This document shows positions 47,490 through 59,291 of a stretch of DNA of 64,000 bases, one piece after another. The stretch comes from Pseudovirgaria hyperparasitica. Taxonomy: Eukaryota. The position numbers were made by a program, and so were the translations under genes. The first letter of the stretch is position 1. Every line of letters starts with the position of its first letter. The stretch is from NCBI GenBank assembly GCA_010093815.1, contig ML996574.1; one strand, 5' to 3'. Below the pieces are notes generated by a model. The model was not told where the DNA came from. It did no database searches and was given only the letters and a program-made list of their open reading frames with translations.

Positions 47490-50179
47490 GACGAGTACGT
47501 GCGAAAGGAAACTGAGCGGAGCCTGGTAGCGAAAGTAACGAAGGAGATCGAGAAGGTATTGACAGTACTGGACAGGACAGGGCAGGGCCCGGGTGGTGAG
47601 CGGATATCGACTTGATACAAGAGAGAAGAGAAAATGCGAGTGAGTGAGCGGCAGAGGGGTGGGTTATGGAGGGCAAGTCAGTCTCAACGGTTCAGGCGGA
47701 GAGACTAATACCAGGTGGTATGTGACTGATGAAGCTAATGATAGTGATGGATCAGGCCAGGGGATAAGAGAAAGAGGAACAGGGACGAGAGGTGATAGGG
47801 AGCATAGGACGGATGGATGGCTTGCACGGCGGGAGAAGCCCTGTAGGTAAAAGGGAGGCAGGAACAGCCTGTAATTATTATGAGGTGGTGTGAAGTATCA
47901 GGTATGAATTAGGAAGCGACGAACGAGCGCCACTGCTACACCACCTGCAACCACCATGGAACTATATAGGACACAAGAGGCAAGTGCGACTGCGCCTGCG
48001 ACTGCGAAGCGCACTGATGAACTCTGGCCATGCATCACTGTCGTCTTGCTGCCTTGCGGCGCGTAAGGTGCGCAGTCTAGCTTTACGATACGTCAAAAAA
48101 TACTTTTCCATCTTTAGGAGTTGAGCCTAGAGCGCTCATTGCGCCGCAGGGATCGCTGGAGGGCGGCAGGAATAACGCTGCAGATCGATCCACTGCTCCA
48201 TAAGTATTTGGGGCTATCGCGCACAGGGAGCAGCATAAAAGGGGGGGGGGTTAGTGCAGACAAGGGATAGCTGCTTAGACTCTCAACGAAATTGGATATC
48301 AGATGGCCTAGAAAGCGCTAGAAGATAACTATAATTCATTCCTACTGGATTCATTAAATACGCGGAATAAAACGTTTTCGGCACATAGCTCAGCACGTTT
48401 TGCTTTCTTGAGCGGATGTGGACGGATGAGATGAGTGTGGAGGTTGGGATGGTATTACCGATACATCATGCTTCAGGCATTCATCAGGCATAATTTTTAC
48501 TGCCTGGCTGCCTGGTTCAATCTGAGTGGCCAATTAATTGCTCCGATTCCGTGCCGTAACAACAGTAATGTTGACAGCCGCTCTGCTGCCAAATCCAACC
48601 ATAAGCAAGTCGATATATTGTTATTAAGTATTGTTCCTTTTAGCATGTCCTTCTAACTTTCCATCCATTGGCTCCATGCCGCCACGTTGCATCCGCCAGA
48701 GTCGCATGACTACGCAGTTGTTCCGCAGCACGAGCCACTCTAGCTCGTTGCTGATGTCATCAATCAGTGTTGGAAAGTGGCGTGAGGCCAGGGAGAGAAA
48801 GAATCTTTCTTGAACAACTCTGCCATCTTTGTGCAGCGGCCCGCAAGGCTGTGCGACCAGCCAGGATCCGAAGAGAAACATCGTCACCATGTCAACGACA
48901 TCGAGTATTCATCTCTGGAGTCTGGAGAAGCATTGTCAACCTCTCCAGGCAATAGTACTGTGTGAATCGTCGCCCAGATGGGTAATCGGCATATCGGCAG
49001 AAGATGATCGCACCATGGCAATCCCGCTTGTTGATAGCGTAGACGGATTGTAAATCATCACAACCACGACTCGGCTCCGTACCTTAATTGATGCCAGAGA
49101 TAGGAGCTTTCTATTCGCCCCCAGCCGAGTCGCTCCCCAAGCGCGTAGGTCGCGGCTCGCCATGCCGCAAATGATGCTATTGATAGGCCAGCCCATCGAC
49201 AGCCAACAATTGGCTTGTCTCGGCGGCTGCTCTGCCCCCAGGTCCTCGCTGAACTGCATATGAAACAAAACGAAATAGGGTTAGTGTGCATATTGTATAT
49301 CCGGAGCAGGTACCTGCGCCTCCAACCTCAAACGCAAGTAGGTGACAGTGTGGCATTGCGACGCCTGAGATACTGAACAGAACAAGATAACTTTGACGTC
49401 TCGTGGGACCGTCGGTGAATATACGAAAGGACGATAGGATAGGGACAATAGAACCACAGGTAACAGTGGAGAGGAGTACTGACTGCAGCGGGCAATGGGA
49501 CACCACGATAGCTGCAAAGTGGATATATACAGTACGTTGATCGTTTGGGCGGGGGGGCACAGGCTCAGCGTGCTTAGGCAGTATTTTGGTAGTAAAAAGT
49601 AGACCACCCTGCTGGGCCTACCTGCAACATACACCCCCCCCTGCTCCGCATGCTCCCTAGTCAATAATCGCCGCAACTTTATCTATATACGAACGGCTTA
49701 CTTTCCCTCGATGCCTGGCTGTCACCACCAACTGATGACTGCACCGGCATCCTGATTCCTAATTTTATCACCTCAGGCTGTGTGCTGCTACTGCCGCTGC
49801 TGCTGTTGTCGTCGTCGTTGTAAGACTAAGCTAGAGTCCCTCCCCGTCTCATCCCCTAATCCCGTCCGTGGCTCTTTACTTCCAAGCTCCGACCAAACCG
49901 TATAGAGAGAGTTACAGTACACCTCAATTTCCAATATCCCGCAGCTGGACAGCCTCACGCTAATTAGCTACTGCACTCTTGTACCGACCCTTTAGCTAAC
50001 TAGGCACCCTTTCACCTTCCACCTGCGAGCAAGCCTCTTCTTCTTCTTCGTTGCCGTCGAGGGCTTCCAAGCTTCGTCACGTCCATTTCTCTCACGGCGC
50101 CTTCTGTCCCTTCCGTCTGATCCGCCACCACACTCACTCGTTCACTCCCGCGCACCCTCACCATCTCTGCTATTCAACC

Positions 50180-51325
50180 ATGTCTTCTTCTCCGGCAAAT
50201 CGAAACGACGTGTCAATCGACCTCAGCAGTGCCAGAACCTCGGATGAGTTCGAAAAGCAACGCGAATCCCAGGAATCGTTACTTGGACATGGTCTGGCCA
50301 TGAAAGACAACTCCCAACCTTCAATGTTGACCAAGGCTCGCGAGAACATCATCACTGCTCTATGCGTTGCCCTCAATGCCTTGTCCACCGTCGGCTTGGT
50401 CTTTCTTAGCAAGATGTACGACGATGCCGACTCTCTTGTCCTGCTTCGTGACTGACCGCGCTATAGTGTTTTCTCCGATGAGCAGCTCAAGCATTGTCAA
50501 GTCGGCTTCGTAATATGGCACTTCATCGTCACTTCGCTGGTTCTCTATGTCTCTTCAACCCGCTTGTTTCGTCTTTTCAACCCTATCCGGCTCTCGGTAC
50601 GCGCTATGCTGCCCATCTGTCTATTCTTCGCCGGCTACGTTATTCTTGGTAACCTGAGTCTGGCGAACAACTCCATCGGCACCTATCAGCTCGCCAAGAT
50701 CATGACCACTCCCTCCGTGGTCATTATTAATTTCATCCTTTTCCGCAAGACTATCGACCGTTATCGCGTCGGCGCCATCATCGCCGTGTGCATTGGCGTC
50801 AGTCTCACCATCACAGAAGAAGCGCGCAGTAACCTCGTCGGTATTATATTCGCCACAGCCGCCTTCATCATCACCGCATTTTACCAGATATGGATTGGAA
50901 AGAAGATCACCGACCTCGATGTGTCCGCCCCTCAGCTGCTGATGAATCAAGCACCGCTGGCTGTACTTCTGTTGATTCCTTTTGTTCCATTCTTCGACAC
51001 AATGCCCAACCTCTGTACGTCTGTGTGATTGTGCAACGTCGGGCGTCGGCTAACATATATTCTAGCGCAAGCCTCTTCTAATGCTCTCTGGGCAGTCTTC
51101 GGCTCCGGTGTCATGGCCAGTATGATCAACCTGTCGCAATTTCTGATCATCAGCCGGACCTCTGCACTGACGTTTAACATTGTTGGACACGTCAAGACTA
51201 TTCTTATCCTCGGTCTGGGCTGGTACACGGAGAAGGCGATGCCGTCCGAGCAGGAAATCATCGGCATCGTCCTTGCCCTCTGGGGTGGATATGCCTATTC
51301 TCACTTTTCCATGAATGCCCGGTGA
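50180..51325 (+). CDS. TPT/SLC35E3-like nucleotide-sugar transporter, three exons
   Basis: Introns 50416-50466 and 51015-51065 (GTACG...CTRAC...TAG). Motifs GNLSLANNSIGTYQLAKIMTTP, YQIWIG, QLLMNQAP, NLSQF, TSALTFNIVGHVKT; multiple hydrophobic helices. Confidence 0.92.
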
Positions 51326-53749
51326 TCCGCCACCCCACTTTAGACGACCGCCTTCGACCTCTCTACCTAAAGCTTCCCTATCACATTGTACCATGGCTCA
51401 CCTGCGAAGGAGTAACTATTTTGTCTTGTTTTCAAGATCAGCGGCATCAGCATACCACGGCGTTTATATTCTGGATTGCGGGATTATTGGGTGATATTGT
51501 CAGTGAAAGAGGAGAACGGGCTGGCGGCGACGCCGCCTTGTAGGAGTATCAATGGCTGTCTGGGAGGACAAGAGTTTTCACCGCCTGCTTCTTACTGCTG
51601 TATTCGCACTGTTACAAAAAGATACCTTACCCTACTTGAGGTTGCATGGGATATGCATATATACGAACGGATGCTAAGAAACTGTTTGTGGAATCAGACA
51701 CTTTGCTATCATGCTGTGCTTGGTGCTTGGTGCGTATGCTGCGTTGTATTGTATGTATGTCTGCGTTGTATTGTATGTATGTCTGCGTTGCCTCGGACCT
51801 TTTTATGCGAGTCTGTCCGCGTTTCTTTTGCAATAGACGCGCAGATCGCTCGCTTCCCGTCCCATCATCAGCTTGGTACGACAAACGGGAGGCAGTCCTA
51901 GTAAAAGGGCGTCGATAATTTATTACACTTCGGCCCCCTCCCCCTCTCCTAACGAGGCACACCACACACAGACACACAGTCAGGTAAGATTCTCGGATCG
52001 GCGCATTCATAATCTACTTTCTTTTTCTTTTTCGCTTTTCGCTTTTCTTATTAATTTCTTTTTTTTTTCTTTTGCTTTTTTGGTTTTTCAATATCAACAA
52101 TCTCAATTCCTTACCACATGTGTTGTGTTGAATTAGGAAACAAGGCATCACTCCCGTCAATTGATAGCCTGTATGTATGTATGTATGTAGCTGCTACTGC
52201 TAGGTGGTACTGCTTGCTAGGTACTGCTAGACCCTTGCGTAGACGCCTGGGCGGAGTCGATTTATGCGTCAGCGTCAGCATCAGCTTCAGCCTCGCATGG
52301 ATGGCCTCTTTTTGACTAAGTTTTTCTTTTTTTTTTCTATTTTAGAGGGTGTTGGCTGGTTGGTTTGGCGTAGCGCGGCGCGGCGCCGGGCGATGCGATG
52401 CGATGCGGCGTAGCGGGTGTGATTCAGGGTGCGATTAGGTGTGTGATTGGCTTGCTTGTTTGCTATGCTATTTGCGTACATTTATTGGGGTTTTATGTGG
52501 TGTTATTTGGAGCAGACGCGGGCAGAGAGCAGGCAGAGCGGTTGGAGGGCGGCTGGAGAGATAGATACATGGTGCGTGATGCACGATGCACGCTGCGTGA
52601 TGGACATGATGGACATGATGGGCTTGATGATCTGGGGCGTGGGGCTTGGCGTGTGCGTGCGTGGGTAAGTGAGCGTGTAGGACTTTGGCGGCGTGTGTAC
52701 TGTGATCCGGAGGGGCATGGCATGGTAAGGCTGGGTATATACTAGACCGTCGTGCTGTTGTATACGCACAACTCCTAGCCTGAGAGCCTTGGATAGAGAG
52801 TGAGTGAGTCTCGAGATTAGATGTTGTTGATTACATTATGATTTGAGAAGATAATCTGGTAATCATCCCGCGTTGACGGGCTTTACCGAGCGTGGTTTCG
52901 CATCTATTGGTGCCCACGTGTTGGTGATTGCGGGAACAAAAAAAGGGGGTTTCTTGTGTTTGTGTCTTTTGATGTGTGCCTGGCGCTTAGCCTAGCGTGG
53001 CGTAGTCTGGATAGTTTGGGCTGCAGGTGGCTTGATGGATCTGGAGAATAGGGGTTTCAGAGCTAATATTGGAGGGGTGCTAATGGAGGGGGCAGCGGAA
53101 GCGGCTAAGGTTTTTCCTTAATTAATGGGAAGAAAGAGGGGGCTTGAAGGAGGGGTCTTGTAGGAGACTCGAGATGTCAAGATGGAAAGGGGGGACTTGG
53201 TGCTGGTTTTGGAGGGGTTTAGGGGTTTGGAGGGGTATTTATTTGCTGTAGAGATAAATTTCAGCATGGGACTCTATAGTAGGGAGCAGAGTTTAGACTT
53301 AAGTCAAGATTTGTACAATACAGTGGATCTCTGTAAGATCGTTGATTGCTTGATAAAGCGCGAGTAAGAATGCAAGTAACTCGAACAGTCAACAAGCCCA
53401 TAGGGTATCAGTACGTATTTTCGGAGCCGGTAAAATGATTGCCTGTATCATTCTTCTGCCTATGTCACATACATCTATCTGCCTGTATATCATTACGTCG
53501 ACGTATGTACACTACATACATACATCGACACCGCTGTAAACAAACATGGTGTCTTGCATACAGCGTGGCTTGCATTCCTTCTTGTCGTGTCTTGCTGTAT
53601 TTGATATTTCTAGAATTTCGATGACAACTTCGTCTCACGCTGGACTTATCAACGGCATTATGAGCAACAGATCAAATCAAAAGTTGCCGCCATAAAAGGG
53701 ATGGCAGGTTCTTGTTGTGTGTCTGTGGTAGAATTCTGGATTTCAGAGA

Positions 53750-53796
<47 letters not shown>
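53750..53796. repeat. (AT)n(GT)n compound microsatellite
   Basis: Directly visible. Confidence 0.95.
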
Positions 53797-54730
53797 CGAC
53801 GATATGACACGTGGGTCAGGATTTCCGAAACCCTGTGTCCGGGAGCCACAGCAGGCGTGTATGTGTTCCTGTCGTACCGTAAGCTTTTTACATATGTATA
53901 CATCATCTACGGAGCAGTGCCGTCGAAGTGGGTGAGTAAGTGAGACGTTTTACCAGAGCACGTGGCTAGAGTGTGTCCTGGTTCCTGATACGCCTGAATG
54001 GGCGCATTTGTGCGTCGTGACGATTGATCGTATGTGGTACGGTCATATACCAGGACTGTATGGTGTTGGTATTGGCAGGGGTGTATTTCTTGTGCAAGGC
54101 TGATGCCTAAGCTGGATATCTTAGGGAGTTGGAGATCATTTTCTAGGGCTGTGGTGTATCAATACCCGGTACATCGATAGTGTGGCGCGCGTAGATGTAG
54201 CAAGGGTGTTCTGAGATGATATAGGAACATAGAACAGCTTGATGTCTAAGGTGTGATCTGTTCGTGGAGAGAGTGCGAGGAATTGCCCACATGTAGGTCC
54301 AGCTTATTCGTTCCAAGAGTGTCTTCGCACAGCTCGACGTCCAGGGTATTGTGCAACTTTGCCCTGCCGTGTGCCGAACAATTTCGCTCCGTGATGATAT
54401 TGACTTGGACCAGATACTCAAGTGTGACAGAGTGTTGCTGTACACGTCTCAACCGTATGCTACAGAGCACGCACATACAAATGCAGGCACCACCTCGAAG
54501 AACTTGGTACAGTGTACACACGCAACGGTTACGTCGTTGTGTATTCCGTTCCACAACACACCATCCTGGTGCTGCGTCACGTCAGAAAGTCACACCACAG
54601 AGCTATCGCATCCATTGCACATGCATGCAAGGAAATTGCTTCCGCTTCATTTGATAGTTATATCGTGATAGCATCATGTCCTTTTGCTCACAATCACCCT
54701 TTATCCAACACCAAGATCCTCCTCCAGTGC

Positions 54731-55603
54731 TTATCTCCTCGCCCGTGCATTTACACACACCGTACACGGACACCCTCGCTGGTTCATCTGACCCAGCTCC
54801 GTACCTGCTGCATGGTGTCCCCGTGACTGTTCTCTCCCCTGTCTACCTTGCTCTCGCTGTGCTTGAGAAGCACGATTCGCTTCTTGTTGCTCTATGAACA
54901 GTCGCTGGGCTCCGAGGTAGTCCGTGTAAGAGCGTGCCGGTAGGCCTGATGCCTCGACACGTTGCTGCTGCTGTGGGAAAGCAGGCTGCCAGGGAGCATG
55001 TTGATAACGATGAGGGGGAGGAGGGGGTTGTCGGGGAGGAAATACGGGCTGCCAAGCTGGTCTTGGACCTGCGAGGCCGTAGGGAATGGGACGGTTCTCT
55101 GTGTTGGGAAGGGGCGGAATCTGGTGATGTGGGACGATTGGTCGTCGAAGTTGATATGGAGGACGACGGTCTGCTACGGTTCCACCACGTCCATGTTGTT
55201 CTCTGGGGAGTCTCTCGCCCTGTGGCTGGGCTTGGAATGGTGGTCTCGCAGCAGGGGCTTGTGCTGACATCCCCTGCTCCGGACGTCTCTCCGTTTCTAT
55301 CCGGTTTCTTATATCCTTATTTCCGTGACCCAGCTCGAGGAGTGCCTGGGCTGAGATGAGTTCATCTTCGCTGTAGACGCGCCTGGGTGGATTTTCGCTG
55401 ATTCTTGTTCTTTGTAGCTCTGATACTACGTCCATGTCTTCTTCGTCCTTCTTGTCATCCTTCAGTTGTTGATCGTTGAGTTCTCTGCGTGGAGTAACTT
55501 GTTGATGATGACCTGGCGAGGAGTATGTATCGATGGTTCTACTCACACTGTATTCATGTTCTGGGCATGCAGAATACGGTGGACTGCGAGTATGGCTAGA
55601 CAT
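54731..55603 (-). CDS. Hypothetical Pro/Gln/Arg-rich disordered protein (~290 aa from MSSHTRS)
   Basis: Long ORF with protein-like composition; ATG at 55603; no recognisable domain. Confidence 0.6.
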   Translation of the reverse strand: MSSHTRSPPYSACPEHEYSVSRTIDTYSSPGHHQQVTPRRELNDQQLKDDKKDEEDMDVVSELQRTRISENPPRRVYSEDELISAQALLELGHGNKDIRNRIETERRPEQGMSAQAPAARPPFQAQPQGERLPREQHGRGGTVADRRPPYQLRRPIVPHHQIPPLPNTENRPIPYGLAGPRPAWQPVFPPRQPPPPPHRYQHAPWQPAFPQQQQRVEASGLPARSYTDYLGAQRLFIEQQEANRASQAQREQGRQGREQSRGHHAAGTELGQMNQRGCPCTVCVNARARR

Positions 55604-56424
55604 GATTACAGATCTGAGCTGAGCTGCCTGTTTAGATTTGGGGGAAGAGTATAGAGAAAAGAATGGAGGAAACGAGCGGAAGATATTATGTACGGCTGTT
55701 TGCTTTTGATGGCCACCACTGTGCTGGAATGAAGAATAGATCACTCAGAGTATGGATAACTCGTAGTATAGATGACGGTGCGTACGGTGAACGTTCGTAA
55801 TGTGAATGCATTCTATGATATGTCTCATAGAGCTTGAGGCGCCAGTGTTGATCAGAAAAGTGCTGTGTTGGATTTGTGTTCCAGCATAGGACGACGTCGA
55901 AAAATCTTCTTTCGTTCAGGAGTCACACCTTGTTCAAAGTGCGCTTTCTAGTGAAAGAGAAAAAGACGTCATGGAAGACCAAACAATGGCACTGATACAT
56001 AGATATTCACTTCTTATGATAAAGCACGTGGTCTGCTGGAGAAGGGCACTATGACTCTGCGATGGATATTTCACTCCTCTCGTATTGCGCCCGAATACGT
56101 GGACAGCCGATCTGTTACCGGTTTCTACTATTAGTAATGATAGATTTTTGCGGGAATTTGAGAACATTATCTTTCCAATATCTGCTATAATAGTCTATGA
56201 ACACTATTTATCAATCACCTAAAGTTAGACGTATAGATAGTGGACATATCATCTAGCAGGTCATCAATAGTATGTGCAGGCATATACATACGTCATTTGT
56301 CCTGGCATGAATACCAAAAAGTGGCATGACCAAGTCAGCGAGTCATTTGCGTGCTGTCGATAAAGGAAATTGATGAAAAGCTAACATTCATGTTGATAGA
56401 CGTACCTACGGTAGCATCCTGAGT

Positions 56425-57618
56425 CTAATAGGCCGCGCTGTGATACCTGGCACGATGGGCCTTCTTGCGTGGACGATCAACCGGTTCGGGCCATAGCCGA
56501 TGAGCAAACGACCCCTGTTTCGCGCCTACATGACGCCCAGCCAAAACTTTCGATTGAGTTTTCTCGATGAGATATAGAAGATCTGAAGCGCTCGGGCGTT
56601 GCTGAGGCGACATCTTGCAAGCGGAGGAACCGACCTTGAAAAGTCCAGGACTGAACCCATACTTCGTAAAGTCCGAGTAGTATCGCATATTTTTGTACTT
56701 CCATTCGTTGACTCTGTAAACGTGCTTACCCTCCCCCTGTGGATCAAAGAAGAGAGGAAGCTCGTGCGGAGGACAGGGTGGCCACGGAGCTTTGCTTGGT
56801 CGGACCGGGGGCTCGCCTGTAGCGAGGAAATGTATGATTGCTCCGATAGCCCACACATCCGTTCCGGCTCCAATTTGGTTCTCGGGAGGATGATATGATA
56901 TGGTACCTATTCCTATGAAACCGGGGTGTATCTCGCTGACCATTCGTGCAAGGCCAAAATCTGCGACTACTACCCGAACCTCGCGGCCGGAGGTATCTAC
57001 CAGTACATTTTCTGGCTTTAGATCGCAATGGATTACGCCAAGACTATGCAGAGCTTCAACAGCATCTGTGATCTGAAGCGAGACAGACCAAATCATGTTC
57101 TCCTGCGCATGTATGGAACGTTGGCGAAATTGTTTCGAGTACTGTCTCAAATCGCCGGCAGCGAAGTACGGGTATATGATTGAGCAGTATCCTGGGTGCG
57201 GATCATCTTCGCCATAGTCGAGCAGTTCTATAATGTTTGGATGATTTGGTAATCCTGAATTCACACTCCTCATTGCTCGTACCTCTCGGAGAAGTTGGAC
57301 CTGTGCAGGATTGTACTTGACTCGCTTGACAACAACCTTGGAGCCGTCCATCCCTTTGTACAAGTCACAAGTCCCCTCTCCTCCCCTTCCAAGCTCCTTT
57401 ATTCTTTTGTAATTCCGCAGGATCGAGTAGTTTTGAGCGGCGGCCGCAAGACGTAGCCCATTGTGCCCAGCCTGTCGACGCAGTCCTCGTTGTGGTCTGT
57501 ATTGTTGGTTCGCTAGTACCGCTTGCTGATATCTTGCAGCGAAGTATTCTTGCTCTGCTTGCCCATATGCAGTATCTGCCCCGTAATCCCATAGGTTGTC
57601 ATATCGTGCGCCGTACAT
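56425..57618 (-). CDS. Ser/Thr protein kinase, divergent NEK-like, non-RD
   Basis: LGRGGEG, VVVKRV, REV, HPNII, GDL, IHCDLKPEN, ADFGLA, GTISYHPPE, DVWAIG, RPSA. First ATG at 57618. Confidence 0.92.
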   Translation of the reverse strand: MYGARYDNLWDYGADTAYGQAEQEYFAARYQQAVLANQQYRPQRGLRRQAGHNGLRLAAAAQNYSILRNYKRIKELGRGGEGTCDLYKGMDGSKVVVKRVKYNPAQVQLLREVRAMRSVNSGLPNHPNIIELLDYGEDDPHPGYCSIIYPYFAAGDLRQYSKQFRQRSIHAQENMIWSVSLQITDAVEALHSLGVIHCDLKPENVLVDTSGREVRVVVADFGLARMVSEIHPGFIGIGTISYHPPENQIGAGTDVWAIGAIIHFLATGEPPVRPSKAPWPPCPPHELPLFFDPQGEGKHVYRVNEWKYKNMRYYSDFTKYGFSPGLFKVGSSACKMSPQQRPSASDLLYLIEKTQSKVLAGRHVGAKQGSFAHRLWPEPVDRPRKKAHRARYHSAAY

Positions 57619-59291
57619 GTGTATGGACTTCAGGGGTTGGAGTAGCAAATATGCGAGTGAGTCGTAGAACTAGCATGAAAGGATCACGAAGCTGCAGATA
57701 TGATTGTCAGTGGGTGAGAGGGATCGAGGAAGTTTGATAGCTGCCTTAACTTGGAACCAGTAGTCGAAATGGGAGTTGTACGCGATTAATAGAAGACATA
57801 GATCTCCGGTTGCAGACATTTCAGAGTTATTCCTCGTCCACCGACTGTGAATACGCTGGCCTCGATCTCCCTTTGCCACTCTGCTTCGCTTTTCAAGGCT
57901 ATCACGCATCAGAGTCGTGTGGAATTGTGCATTGAAAGAATTCTAAGGCGGTGGACTAGCACACAATGCCAAAACCGACACATGACAACATGATGCATCA
58001 CTGCAACACCATGAACCGAACCTCTGTGAGAATAGAGAATGGGGAGCTTTGCCTTGATATATAGGCTGCGTCAGCATCAGTTAAGGAAGGTCTTGTAGTG
58101 TGGATGCGGCATGATGCTTCGATATGAGAATGTGAATCACCGTAGGCGACGGAGAGGCACCACAAATGCCACATGAATATCTTCATGCATAGAGTGAACC
58201 AAGTTCCCCTCAAATGATCGCAGCTGATGCATCGAGATATCGTTTGACTTTGCGAGAACCTGGGCAATGGTGAGTTCCCTGGTTCCTACCTGCAATGAGG
58301 TGATAATAAGGAAATGAACGGAGTTGTTGCATTGTGAATTATTGGTGGATGAACGCGGTGAGATAAGCGAGCAACCAGAAAGCAAGTTAGCTGGATGATG
58401 AGGTCTGGGGACAATACACTACAGTTCGGCTAGCGTGACGTCAGATAGCGTTGTGCTCGAAGTCACATAAGTATGTAAGCTGATGGTACATGTCATTAGC
58501 GTATATGAGACCGTATATTCAGATACAGTGCCAACAGGAACAGTAAGTGCACTCAAATGTTACATCAAACCCCAGGATTCTCCAGGCGGCACAACAACTC
58601 TTGTCATTATTAGCAGCGATGGCTCGTCACCTTCCAAAAGACCAGGGATCTGGAAAGAGTCGTCACAAGAATTGTCGTTGGAAATATGGTTGGGTGAAAG
58701 CGGATGTAGGTTAGTATAGCATTTTAGGTATGTATAGGATATAGCTAATTACTCCGACGATCTTCGGAGCTCGCATCTGATGCATCCGCACTATTTCCTG
58801 GATACAAGCATAACGATGAATAAAGAAGATGGGGGCTAGAGGTTACTTTATGACGATCTTTCAAGTGATGAATGAAAATGGAAGGGAAAGATAGCCCCTG
58901 CCTGAAAAGGACTGGTTCGCTCCGGTCTATTCAGTCTCGTTCTTCTAACCCTTTATTTTGTGTCAGCATTACTTGGTTCGATATTGAACCTGAATATACT
59001 CAAAACTCCCAATTGTCGCTCTACACTGTGCATATCTTGTTCTGTTGTTCTATTGTGATTTTGGACTGATGCTCTTTGACGCTTGCTTCCATACCAAGGA
59101 ATGAGAACAAACCTATTTGTCCAAGGTGAGTTCCTCACGTTTGAACGGCCTCAATAAGCTATATATATATCACAAGGTCCTCAATTCTATTGTATTCGCC
59201 AGTTCAGACCTCCCAACACCCACAGACCATACTGCGAAAAAGCTACGATATTGTTACATTAAGACCTTCTTATACCTTACACTGACATAAT

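Noticed and set aside
49276..49284. CTAACCCTA on the minus strand as a telomerase RNA template
   Set aside because: A 9-nt match is expected by chance in 64 kb, and no pseudoknot or CR4/5 element was recognised.
51740..51790. 22-bp tandem duplication (a similar 21-bp one lies at ~29422-29463)
   Set aside because: Ordinary slippage duplications with no spacers, so not CRISPR-like.
53945..53960. TTTTACCAGAG resembling U5 snRNA loop I
   Set aside because: Lacks the invariant GCCTTTTAC, the flanking stem and an Sm site.
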